This document shows positions 11,103 through 20,941 of a stretch of DNA of 64,000 bases, in pieces. Source of the stretch: Piromyces finnis finn (Eukaryota > Fungi > Neocallimastigomycota); contig MCFH01000015.1 in NCBI GenBank assembly GCA_002104945.1, positions 847,806-911,805 on the forward strand. The letters run 5' to 3'. How positions within the stretch are numbered: the stretch's first letter is position 1; every line of letters begins with the position of its first letter. The notes beneath the pieces were generated by a model. The model was not told the origin of the DNA and did no database searches. It saw only the letters and a program-made list of their open reading frames with translations. The translations under genes and the position numbers were made by a program.

Positions 11103-14100
11103 ATGGGAAAATCTCCACTTACACCTATTAAAGTGGATACAAAAGAATTTTTTAACCGCCTACAAACTACCAAGAGAGAACGTTCCCCAGGAAATACTCC
11201 CGTAAGAAAATCAAAGATGCCTAATCATTCCGGACAAATTAATGCTTCTACGAGTAATCCTACTCAGAAGCCAACTACTAATGAGGATCTCAAGGCCCTC
11301 ATTGAGTCTTTAACTGCTACCTTAACTGGGAATATCAATCAGTTAAAGGTTGATATTCAAGCTACCAGAAGGGAAAACGAAAGTCTCAATGATCGTTTGA
11401 CTGTTTTGGAAAACTCTACTCAAGTTATTATGGGTAAGATGGCTACTTTAGAAGTCAACGATGCTAGGAAAGACAATCAACTCGCTGATATCAAAGCTCA
11501 TATCAGCAAAGCTACTCAAAGAGTTGATGAGTTGTCTACTCCCGTTACTCCTTCTACTACTACCCCTCACGAACCTGACGGTGACGTCATCATGGGAGAT
11601 GCTTCGCCTCCAAACGTCGCTGAAAAAATGCTTTCTTACTCAGGAGAAAGTATTCAACTACGCAGATTCATCCGTCGATGCGAACACCACTTCTTAAGAC
11701 ACATCAAGTTCTATGGAAACAATGAAGCTATGAAAGTAAACTTCATTGAAGATTGTCTTACTGGTGATGCTGCAGATTGGTACGTTGTTGAACAAGCAGA
11801 CTTCCAGGAATCTCATCCGAATAGAAAAGTTCTTTACGAAGCTTTGAGTAAGAGATTCCTTAACCCGAAGGATATCAACATCACCAAAATCGACCTGATG
11901 AAGCTCAGACATAGTTGGGGAAAAGCTTCCGAATACTTAGGAAAATTCTCCCAATATGTCAAATTAATTGGATGTTCCGAAGACATTCAATTAACCATCA
12001 TGCTTTTCCAAGTTAGACCTACCGTGAACCACGCCTTTAGTAAGTTAACTTCTGATAGACAAACGTTAGAAGAACTGAAGAATCTTCTAATCAAATATGA
12101 TGCTTCCAAGGATACTTATTACGATGATACTTTGGAAAGACAAGCTAACTACAAGGACAAAGAGCCCTTAATAGCTAATTTATTAGGTATTCATGGCAGT
12201 CTTTATTCCAAAAACCCTAACAAGAATAACAATCGTAATAACAACCAAAGGAACAACAATAACAGCAATCGCCCGTCTAACCAAAAAGGAAAAGGCTCCA
12301 GTAACTTGGATAGCAAGTCTAGTACTAAAAATCCCAATAAAAGTACTAAACCTAATAATGGTACTTCATACTCCAGCTATCTCTGTGAAGTAGAAGAGCA
12401 AGATATCTTAGAGCTACCAAATCCTGATCCGGAGAAGTATCCCATCGTGAAGACTAGTGTAAAAACTTCTAAAGGATCTAGACAGGTTATCACTTCGTCT
12501 CTCTTAGATTCTGGCTCTACTACCAATGTAATCCATATGGATTTAGTGAAGAAACTAGGAATTAAGACCATACCAGCTGATACTGTTGTAAAGGTCATGG
12601 GAGGTAATGTCCTAATGCATTACATCACAGAAGAGTTCAACATTGTAATGAACTTATCTTCTTTAGGAAGAACTCGAGAAGAAGTTCGTCAATACAAACT
12701 TCGATGCCACGTAGCTGATCAGCTTCCTTCTTCGATTCTCCTAGGTTCTAAGTTCATGAAAACCAACTTCTTCTGTATCTTTACACAACCTGACCATTCC
12801 TTTACAGTTAAAATTGGTCCTGTTCCTTTCTCCAACCATAATGGATCTGAGATTAAATCTCCTAACTTTAGGAATGATTTGAAGAAATCTACACCTCTTC
12901 ATGAATTACGCGAAGTCCTCCAAAAGAGACAGTTCGTCTTAGACGAACAATGGGACAAAGAACATTTGAACGATCGAGGAAGAATCGTGATCAAGAAACA
13001 ATCAAGCAAGAAACCCAATAATAACCATGTCCACAACACAGAAACGATAACCCTATCCAACGAAGAAAAACTGAAAATCGAACAAAGGCTTCTTAAACAA
13101 AAACAAAACAATCAAAGTTTTATAATCTCAACTGACCATAAAGAAGGACTCGACGAATACATTATCAAGGAAATACAAAACCTCCCTCAAGAATTACAAG
13201 AATTCAAGCAAGTTTTCGGACCACCACCAAAGGGCAAGATATTTAATAGGAAAAACGAAAATTTAAATTCATACTTACCTTATGATAAGGAAAAAGTTAA
13301 GAGGCTACCCATGATGCCTCACATCAAATTAGACAAAAACCAAGAAGACGCTCTTGAACAAGAATTTCATGAACTTGAACAGAACGGAAAAATCGAGAGA
13401 ACTCGATCCAGTTCGGCTTGCAACGTCTTTAATGCACCTAAGAAAGATGGTACATTCAGAACTGTGTTTAATTACGTTATGGTTAATAATTGCCTACACC
13501 ATAACAACTACCCAATACCTAAAATAATCGAACTTGTACACAGAGCTGCCCAGTATAAGTTCCATATTTTACTAGATTTAAGAAATGCCTATAACCAAAT
13601 CTATCTCGAGCCCAAATATCGTTTCCTTACAAGCTTTAGATTTAAAAACCAAACCTATCAATGGAAAGTTCTTCCCTTTGGACTCTCCACTGCCCCATCC
13701 ATTTTCCAATCCATTCTCAACCTCTTATTAAAAATATACTTGAATAAAGGTATTGATATCTACCTAGATGATATACATATTTATGCCCAAGATAAGCAAG
13801 AATGCCTCAGACTTTGTGCTTACACTTTAAAGAAGTTCAAAGAAAATAATTTCTTTTGTAAACTTGAAAAATGCTTATTTTTCCCAGAAGAATTCGAATA
13901 TTTAGGGTACAAAATTGGATATGAAAAAATACGTCCTATTTCTAATAAAACTTTAGACATTAAAGAATGCAAAACACAAAAGGAATATCAGCAACTATAT
14001 GGCTTTCTTAATTATTTCAAAGACTACGTAAATAACTTTACCGAAAGAACAAAATATATCTCTATGGGACTATCAAATAAAACCACTACTTGGACTAAAG

Positions 14101-16118
14101 AAATGAATGACGAACTAAATTATTTTAAGAAATTAATTCCTAACCTTCCAAATTTAGCACCGTTTAAACCTAACCACGATATCTTTATCCTAACCGACGC
14201 ATCGGAAATCGGAATTGGCGCCGCAATTTTTCAAGCGGGGGCCCCCAATGTACATATTCAAAATTACATTTTAAGTAACGTATACAAGAATAATATTAAT
14301 CGTGAAATCATCGAAAACTTATTTGGTCATAAAAATTGGACATTAAACGGACATTCTGAAGTAAATGGACGTGAAAATAAGAAAATCGATAAAGCCAAGA
14401 ATCGTGAAGATATCAATCCACCAATTAAATTGAATGAAGCAATGAATACATTTGAAATAAAAAACAATAGTTTATCCGAATTAAAAAAGTATTTAAAACC
14501 CATAGGCTTTTTCTCCAGAAAATTGAATTCTACAGAAAGAAAATATTCAACATTCGACAGAGAATTATTAGCTCTCTCGGACACCTTACAACACTACCGG
14601 TTACTTCTCCAACAAGGACAAAAAATATACTGTGCGACGGACCATAAGAATTTGGTAATCTACATAAATTCCGGATCCAAAGTCGAAACTAATCGTAAGT
14701 TAAGATTATTTGAAAATATTTGCAATTACAATATAATACCTTATTATATCGAAGGAAAAGACAACAAGATTGCAGATCTACTCTCAAGATTTATTAAAAT
14801 GGAAAACGAAACCGAAAATACTAGCAACAGAAGAAACCCACAGCAGGTCAACAATATTGAAGAAACAAATTCTTTGGATTTCTTAGTAAATGCCATTGAA
14901 CTCAAGGACTTAGAATCTACCAACAAAGAAGAAGATAACGAGGAACCAGACTTAAAAGTCTTTAAGACTACCATAAGTTCGCTAATGGAAAATAATAAAC
15001 AAAAGGAACTAAAAAATTATCTTATCAATTGGTACAAGAACCAGGATATGTTATTCAAATCATTGAAGGAACAAATAGTAAACCTACTAGAAGAAAACAC
15101 TTTCTTCGAAAAACAATATAAAAAACAAGTTAATCTCAGATGTCAAGACCTAAAAGATGTATTGGATAAAAGAGAACATTTTAGTTCAGAAATAAAAAAG
15201 GTGAAAGATGAATTACAACTTCTACAAACTGGCAACACCCAAGGAGAAACTAAAAGAAAATTTGATAGACTTAATCAAAAAATAAACGATTTAAGGTATG
15301 ACCTCAATCCAAAGGCTGAAAGAATAGAACTCACTAAGAAAGTAAACCATTCGGAAAAACAGATAACTGCCCAATGGAAAGAGATAGAAAACCTCAAGAA
15401 AATAATAGAAAAAATGGATAAAAGGATAACTGCCCTAATCATTGACAACGAAGAAGACTCAAATCTGGATAAATCAACTTCCATTCCAACAGAAACAGTC
15501 TTCATAGTCGATGATCAGAATCCTGAACTAGTAGAATCTATCAACGGTATACCTTTGGAATATGAAGATTTATATGAAGCCTTCAATGAAGAACGAGCCG
15601 ATGAACTTCCTGAACATCGTGTATATGATTGTTCTATTGATTTGAAACCTAATGCTTCATTATTTTATGGGCCAATTTATCCAACTACTCCTACTGAACG
15701 TCAATTTATTAAGGAGTATATTGAAGAAAACTTGAATAAAGGATTCATTAGAAAATCCCGATCTCCTGCTGGACATCCAGTTCTACTCCAAGATAAGAAG
15801 GATGGTAGTCTCAGATTTTGCGTTGACTATCGCAAGCTCAACGACCAAACTATCAAGAATGCCTATCCGCTACCTTTAATCCTATCAGTCTTTGAATCAA
15901 TGAAAGGTGCTAACTATTTCACTAAGTTAGACCTCAAGTCAGCTTATAATTTAATTAGGATTAAAGAAGGTGACGAATACAAGACTGCATTTAGGACGGC
16001 ATTTGGTCACTTTGAGTACTTAGTCATGCCTTTTGGACTAACTAATGCTCCTGCAGTTTTCCAAGCTTTCATTAATGATATCTTTAGTGATCAAATTAAT
16101 AAGTACGTTCAAGTGTAA
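11103..16118 (+). CDS. B polyprotein part 1: Gag, protease, captured K-type RT-RNase H-coiled coil, N-half of native RT
   Basis: Gag YSGES..LTGDAADWY; LLDSGS; RT1 LDLRNAY, LPFGL, YLDD; RH1 LTDAS, RELLAL, TDHKNL, IADLLSR; RT2 LDLKSAY, MPFGL. Ends at a TAA replacing the Y of YLDD. Confidence 0.93.
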   Translation: MGKSPLTPIKVDTKEFFNRLQTTKRERSPGNTPVRKSKMPNHSGQINASTSNPTQKPTTNEDLKALIESLTATLTGNINQLKVDIQATRRENESLNDRLTVLENSTQVIMGKMATLEVNDARKDNQLADIKAHISKATQRVDELSTPVTPSTTTPHEPDGDVIMGDASPPNVAEKMLSYSGESIQLRRFIRRCEHHFLRHIKFYGNNEAMKVNFIEDCLTGDAADWYVVEQADFQESHPNRKVLYEALSKRFLNPKDINITKIDLMKLRHSWGKASEYLGKFSQYVKLIGCSEDIQLTIMLFQVRPTVNHAFSKLTSDRQTLEELKNLLIKYDASKDTYYDDTLERQANYKDKEPLIANLLGIHGSLYSKNPNKNNNRNNNQRNNNNSNRPSNQKGKGSSNLDSKSSTKNPNKSTKPNNGTSYSSYLCEVEEQDILELPNPDPEKYPIVKTSVKTSKGSRQVITSSLLDSGSTTNVIHMDLVKKLGIKTIPADTVVKVMGGNVLMHYITEEFNIVMNLSSLGRTREEVRQYKLRCHVADQLPSSILLGSKFMKTNFFCIFTQPDHSFTVKIGPVPFSNHNGSEIKSPNFRNDLKKSTPLHELREVLQKRQFVLDEQWDKEHLNDRGRIVIKKQSSKKPNNNHVHNTETITLSNEEKLKIEQRLLKQKQNNQSFIISTDHKEGLDEYIIKEIQNLPQELQEFKQVFGPPPKGKIFNRKNENLNSYLPYDKEKVKRLPMMPHIKLDKNQEDALEQEFHELEQNGKIERTRSSSACNVFNAPKKDGTFRTVFNYVMVNNCLHHNNYPIPKIIELVHRAAQYKFHILLDLRNAYNQIYLEPKYRFLTSFRFKNQTYQWKVLPFGLSTAPSIFQSILNLLLKIYLNKGIDIYLDDIHIYAQDKQECLRLCAYTLKKFKENNFFCKLEKCLFFPEEFEYLGYKIGYEKIRPISNKTLDIKECKTQKEYQQLYGFLNYFKDYVNNFTERTKYISMGLSNKTTTWTKEMNDELNYFKKLIPNLPNLAPFKPNHDIFILTDASEIGIGAAIFQAGAPNVHIQNYILSNVYKNNINREIIENLFGHKNWTLNGHSEVNGRENKKIDKAKNREDINPPIKLNEAMNTFEIKNNSLSELKKYLKPIGFFSRKLNSTERKYSTFDRELLALSDTLQHYRLLLQQGQKIYCATDHKNLVIYINSGSKVETNRKLRLFENICNYNIIPYYIEGKDNKIADLLSRFIKMENETENTSNRRNPQQVNNIEETNSLDFLVNAIELKDLESTNKEEDNEEPDLKVFKTTISSLMENNKQKELKNYLINWYKNQDMLFKSLKEQIVNLLEENTFFEKQYKKQVNLRCQDLKDVLDKREHFSSEIKKVKDELQLLQTGNTQGETKRKFDRLNQKINDLRYDLNPKAERIELTKKVNHSEKQITAQWKEIENLKKIIEKMDKRITALIIDNEEDSNLDKSTSIPTETVFIVDDQNPELVESINGIPLEYEDLYEAFNEERADELPEHRVYDCSIDLKPNASLFYGPIYPTTPTERQFIKEYIEENLNKGFIRKSRSPAGHPVLLQDKKDGSLRFCVDYRKLNDQTIKNAYPLPLILSVFESMKGANYFTKLDLKSAYNLIRIKEGDEYKTAFRTAFGHFEYLVMPFGLTNAPAVFQAFINDIFSDQINKYVQV

Positions 16119-18512
16119 TTGGATGATATCATTATCTACTCCAAGACCCTTGAAGAACATGTTCAACATGTTAGAAATGTTCTTCAATTAATCATTGAAA
16201 ACAACTTAGTTGCGAAACTCAAAAAATGTGAGTTTCACAAAGCTGAAATCGAATTTTTGGGTCACGTAATCAGTAAGGAGGGAATCAAAACTGATCCTCA
16301 CAAAATTGAAGCAGTTAAGAACTGGCCTATCCCCACTACTGTGAAAGAAGTTCAGTCTTTCTTAGGGTTATGCAATTACTACCGTCGCTTTATCTCTAAC
16401 TTTTCTAAAATTGCAAAACCATTATACAACTTAACTAAGAAAGGCGTCACTTTCATATGGACAGACGAGTGTAATAGAGCATTTAATCAACTTAAAGAAT
16501 TTCTTACTTCAGCTCCAGTTTTACTTTGTCCTGATCACGATAAACCATTCATAGTTGAATGTGACGCAAGTGACTTTGCTATCGGGGGAGTACTTTCACA
16601 AAAAGGTGATGATGGAGACCTGCATCCAGTTTATTACTTTTCTAAAACCCTTCATGATGCAGAACTTAATTACTCTATCACCGAAAAGGAACTCTTAGCA
16701 ATTCGTCAAGCTTTTATCGAATGGCGTCACTTACTTCAAGGTGCAAAATATCCTATTACCGTTTATTCAGACCATCGAAACTTGCTTTTTGCTACCAAAC
16801 CGCAACTTCTATCCCAAAGACAAGCTCGTTGGCAAGAATACTTTGCTACTTTTGATTTCAAGATTATCTATCGACCAGAAAAGAAAAATGGTAAAGCTGA
16901 TGCTCTCTCTCGTAGATCCGACCATATGCTCACAGTTGGTAAGGATATAAGTGAATCATCCTTACTTAAACCAACTCAATTAGAAGGATTCAACGAAGAT
17001 GAATGCTACTTCTCTATGGAAACTAGCTTCATTGACGACATTAAGCAGTGCTACCTTCAAGATGAAACCGCTTGTCAGATTCTTAAGGATCTTGAAGTTC
17101 CAAATAGTGATCATCCTTGGATTCTTCAAGATGGCCTTTTAATAAGAACCAAACATCCGGAGCAAGTATATGTTCCAAGTCAACTAAGACTCTTAGTTAT
17201 TAAGCTCAACCATGATGCACCCACTGCCGGTCACTTGGGAGTCGATAAGACTTATGACATTCTTAAACGTAATTTCTATTGGGTTAATATGCGTCAAGAT
17301 GTCGAGTCTTATATTCGAAGCTGTAGTGTATGCAAGGCAATGAAAACCGATCACCATGCTCCTTATGGTAATATGATCCGTGTCCCTCTTCCGGAACTTC
17401 CATGGCAACATCTACAAATGGACTTTATCACGGACTTACCATCAAGACCTTGTAACTCTACCTTACCATTCGACTCTACCAATCCGAACCACTATCAAGG
17501 TACCATAATGGTTACTACTTGCTACTTAACTAAGATGATACACTTAGTTGGGTTCAAACATTTATCCACTGCTAAGGAAACTGCTACTGCTTTTCTTAAC
17601 CATATTTTCAAACTGCACGGATTCCCCTTATCTATTGTTACAGACCGTGGTACTCAGTTCGAAAGTCGTCTTTGGTTCCACTTGATGGAATTCTTTAATA
17701 TCGATCACCACTCTGCTACTACTGGCCATCACCGCACTGTTGGACAAGTAGAACGTAACAACGACTACGTCGAAACTTATCTTCGTTGCTACTTAGCTCA
17801 ATTTGATGATCTCAGTTGGATGGATCATTTGTACTTAGCTGAATTTTGCTACAACAATTCCATCCATGCTTCCACCAAGCAACCACCATTTCTCTCCGTC
17901 TATAATTATCAAGTTCACGCAAACCCACAAATTGCAGACCTTGTTTCTTCTTTAGGACTTCATCCCCTCATCGATAGCTTCTCCCATAACTTAGCTGACC
18001 TTAAGCATACTCTCGAAGTCAGTCGTACCCGTTATCTCGATGAAAAGGATAAGCACCTTTATCACAACTTTAAGCGCTTCAAGGTCCACGATCTTGTTTG
18101 GCTTCGCAAACCCGCTAATTATCATCCTCCATTAGCGTTCAAGCTCCAAACCCGCAAGTATGGTCCATACAAGGTCACTGGTGTCGATGAATCTAAGCTC
18201 AACTACCGCCTTGATTTATCTACCTCACCTTTCCCTCGTGTCTACCCCGTATTCCACATCAGTGAACTCGAACCATATCATCCCACTCCTCACCATCTAT
18301 TGCTCAACCATCCCAACTCCAATGAAATCACCAAGATCCTTAGTTCTCGTAAATCGGGTCATTTTTACGAGTACTTAGTCACTTTTACTGACTTATCTCA
18401 ACGTTGGATCAATGCTGACACCATTGATAAGGATGACTACTACAGCACCCTTTTAGCTGATTACCAACGTCGCGCTTACCAACAATTCACCAATTCCGTC
18501 CCAGATTCTTAA
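16119..18512 (+). CDS. B polyprotein part 2 (same frame after one stop): RT C-half, RNase H, integrase, chromodomain-like
   Basis: LDDIIIY; ECDAS; HDAPTAGH..CSVC; MDFI, TDRG, QVER; RKYGPY; EYLVTF..RWI. Confidence 0.92.
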   Translation: MDDIIIYSKTLEEHVQHVRNVLQLIIENNLVAKLKKCEFHKAEIEFLGHVISKEGIKTDPHKIEAVKNWPIPTTVKEVQSFLGLCNYYRRFISNFSKIAKPLYNLTKKGVTFIWTDECNRAFNQLKEFLTSAPVLLCPDHDKPFIVECDASDFAIGGVLSQKGDDGDLHPVYYFSKTLHDAELNYSITEKELLAIRQAFIEWRHLLQGAKYPITVYSDHRNLLFATKPQLLSQRQARWQEYFATFDFKIIYRPEKKNGKADALSRRSDHMLTVGKDISESSLLKPTQLEGFNEDECYFSMETSFIDDIKQCYLQDETACQILKDLEVPNSDHPWILQDGLLIRTKHPEQVYVPSQLRLLVIKLNHDAPTAGHLGVDKTYDILKRNFYWVNMRQDVESYIRSCSVCKAMKTDHHAPYGNMIRVPLPELPWQHLQMDFITDLPSRPCNSTLPFDSTNPNHYQGTIMVTTCYLTKMIHLVGFKHLSTAKETATAFLNHIFKLHGFPLSIVTDRGTQFESRLWFHLMEFFNIDHHSATTGHHRTVGQVERNNDYVETYLRCYLAQFDDLSWMDHLYLAEFCYNNSIHASTKQPPFLSVYNYQVHANPQIADLVSSLGLHPLIDSFSHNLADLKHTLEVSRTRYLDEKDKHLYHNFKRFKVHDLVWLRKPANYHPPLAFKLQTRKYGPYKVTGVDESKLNYRLDLSTSPFPRVYPVFHISELEPYHPTPHHLLLNHPNSNEITKILSSRKSGHFYEYLVTFTDLSQRWINADTIDKDDYYSTLLADYQRRAYQQFTNSVPDS

Positions 18513-18844
18513 TCTGGACCCCACTTATTAGTATCCCACCTACTAGTGTCTACCACCCTTACTCCTTCACTACCCACCTATCGCCACTACCCCACCTACT
18601 ACCCACAACTCCGCTACCCACTAGTCGCCACCACTACAACTACCAACCACTATTCCGCTACCCAACCACCCTCTTTCGCCTTTGCCCTCAACCCTCAAAT
18701 TCCGCAACCTTTTCCGCATCCCAAAATCCGTATCCCCTCGAGTCATATCATTTCCCTAACCTTCACGTGTAGTCTCCATTTCTGAAGAATCCACGTGATA
18801 CCCTCACAACTTTTCTTTGAACACTTTTACACCTCACTTTTTCA

Positions 18845-18889
18845 ACACTTAGAAAAATTTTGAGAATTTTCAAAAAATGGAAATTCTCA
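18845..18889 (+). repeat. Left arm of perfect 45-bp inverted repeat
   Basis: ACACTTAGAAAAATTTTGAGAATTTTCAAAAAATGGAAATTCTCA equals the reverse complement of 28051-28095. Confidence 0.95.
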
Positions 18890-20062
18890 ATTTTTGAAAA
18901 AAAATCTAAGGTAGCACGTAACGTATTACGAAGAGCAATGAGAAATAGAATGGTGCATAATAAAGCAAGACAATTGGCTCAAAATTTAGGACGTAGAGCA
19001 AGAGATAGGATTGTACGAAGAAATCGTAGGATTGGCAATAGACAATTCGAATCAGTTAAAGGAAATGCTGCTGGTACAACCCATACTACAACACGTATGA
19101 TAGTACGTAGAACACCACGCGAACAACGATTTTTACGCAAATTGTTTAAAACAAACCCTACTAAAAACAAATATATAAACAGATTTGGTTTTTCTTGGAT
19201 GGGTGCTGGTGCAGCCTCAAAAACTATTTGGTATAGTGTTTGTCATTTAAAGTTCAATAATTTATGTAATTATTTACAAGGTCGTAAAATCTTACCGACA
19301 CAGAGTATAGAAGGAGTTTCTGCTACAGTAACCAATGATAAAGCCGTGGGAAATTCCCCATCAGCTGGTATTTACGTTGGTAAATGTACATTCCATTACG
19401 AATTGTATAACCCAACTAATTATTTAATGACCGTATACATTTACGATTTAATTTGTAAATGTGATACACCACATCAAATAGCATATTCTGATGCTAATAA
19501 TGATGGTAATAGTGCCCCTGAAGCTTGTATGCAAAAGGGTTCAAAATCCATGACCGATGGAGGTTCTGCCCCAACATGGCAAGTTGCAGACCCTACACTC
19601 GAAATGGGTACATATTGGAATACTGTTGGTATGAAACCAACGGACTATCATTTATTTAATACGATTTGGAAAGTCAAAGGAATGAAAAAAATCATTTTAC
19701 CACCTGGATCATCACACCATCACGTGGTTATATACAACCCAAAAAAGAAGATAACCAATGCTAGTTTATTATACCCTAGAGAAACTAGACATACTAATAA
19801 TAAAATGGGTATTGGTGGTATTACACAAGCAACTTTATTTGGTTTTGAAGGTCAAGTTGCAACTGAAGACAATCAACGTAGTGATGGTACAATTGTAGGT
19901 ACATTACCTGGTAAATTATTAGTTAAATGTATTAAAAAGGTAAATATATGGGATCTTCCATGTAACTATCAATCAGTAACATCTGAAGATGATTTAGTAG
20001 CAACATGGACTAAACCAACTATATTCTCTGATTTAGTAGAAGTCAATGCAAGCTCTACATAA
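18860..20062 (+). CDS. CRESS-DNA-virus-like capsid protein (first in-frame ATG at 18938)
   Basis: Arg-rich N-terminus (RRARDRIVRRNRR), then YELYNPTN..VYIYDL, F..IWKV..KKIILPPG.SH.H.V, a pattern I recognise from STNV/gemini-like jelly-roll capsids. Convergent with Rep. No database search was possible. Confidence 0.8.
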   Translation: MRIFKKWKFSIFEKKSKVARNVLRRAMRNRMVHNKARQLAQNLGRRARDRIVRRNRRIGNRQFESVKGNAAGTTHTTTRMIVRRTPREQRFLRKLFKTNPTKNKYINRFGFSWMGAGAASKTIWYSVCHLKFNNLCNYLQGRKILPTQSIEGVSATVTNDKAVGNSPSAGIYVGKCTFHYELYNPTNYLMTVYIYDLICKCDTPHQIAYSDANNDGNSAPEACMQKGSKSMTDGGSAPTWQVADPTLEMGTYWNTVGMKPTDYHLFNTIWKVKGMKKIILPPGSSHHHVVIYNPKKKITNASLLYPRETRHTNNKMGIGGITQATLFGFEGQVATEDNQRSDGTIVGTLPGKLLVKCIKKVNIWDLPCNYQSVTSEDDLVATWTKPTIFSDLVEVNASST

Positions 20063-20063
20063 G

Positions 20064-20345
20064 AACACGTGACATACAACTAAGTTAACGTGTTTGATCC
20101 CTGTGAGCCGCAGGCTCTAGACCCTGGCCGTTGACTATCACATGTTTATATCTCATGGTGATCATGTGATGAGTCACACCCTCCCACTTATCCATAGCCA
20201 AGTGGTTCTGAGAGGATTGTTTCCTACTCTGGACGGACGGCTCTGGGGGAGTAGGAGGAACAGATTTTTTTATTATTTTTATTTAACACAAAATGTATAC
20301 AACACAAATATAATGTAATGTAATGTAAATATAATAAACTTTATT
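20064..20345. terminator. Structured 3' intergenic region between cap and rep, with opposed polyadenylation signals
   Basis: Several hairpins in 20064-20260. AATAAA-C-TTTATT at 20333-20345 abuts the Rep stop. Confidence 0.55.
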
Positions 20346-20476
20346 TAATATAATTTATTTTGTAAAACAATACAAGTACAATTTTTTTTTAAAAAGTTTA
20401 AGTGTTCAATATTTAAATTCTTATATAAATCTTCATTGGATAACCAAATCATTGGTTTTCCCCAATGAACCGTTCT
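20345..20476 (-). pseudogene. rep: C-terminal fragment of CRESS Rep (SF3 helicase motif C)
   Basis: RTVHWGKPMIWLSNED matches gemini/genomovirus-type motif C. Confidence 0.82.
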
Positions 20477-20563
20477 TTTAAAATTAAATTGCCTGTTCGT
20501 TTTAGTAAAAACTAACGGGGGCCTTTTCTTCAATGGTAACTAGATAATATGTAGCTATGGCTA
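20477..20563 (-). repeat. 3' terminal direct repeat of K
   Basis: TTTAAAATTAAATTGCCTGTTCG..GCTATGGCTA repeated at 27226-27312. Confidence 0.92.
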
Positions 20564-20941
20564 TATACTATTTCGGGTATTGGCCTACTTATCTTAGGAA
20601 ATCTAAAATACTTAAACCAATGTATATGTAGTATTGACGTTAAAGAGCCTACTTTAAGGAATTTTCACGTAAGTAAAACTCGTTTGTGATTTATGCGTTT
20701 TATATAATAATTTTATTTAATATGTTTTATTATAAGTTTATTTATAAGATCAAAGTTATTTAAAAGTTTGTTGTTTTATTAATTCTTTATCCTCTGTTGC
20801 TATATTGTCGAGGAAGACTATCTTTTTCTAGTGATTAATAATAACTAACAAATACTTTTAAAAGTTATAAAGTTTTATAAATAAATGAATTTTTTCGAAT
20901 TAATACGTTTGAGTTTAAAATTTTCGTTACAAATTTTATAT

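Noticed and set aside
18921-18929. ACGTATTAC as the CRESS origin nonamer
   Set aside because: It has the TATTAC core but no flanking stem enclosing it, and it lies in the capsid reading frame.
20095-20260. Hammerhead ribozyme
   Set aside because: TGATGAG and CTGAGAG occur, but no complete CUGANGA/GAAA core with the required stems was found.
20477-20533. N-terminal part of ORF 20345-20533 as Rep sequence
   Set aside because: It reads through K's terminal repeat; only the part from about RTVHWGKP onward is confidently Rep.
20477-20563. 87-bp repeat as a long target-site duplication of rep
   Set aside because: Most of it does not encode Rep-like sequence, and rep has lost sequence rather than duplicated it.
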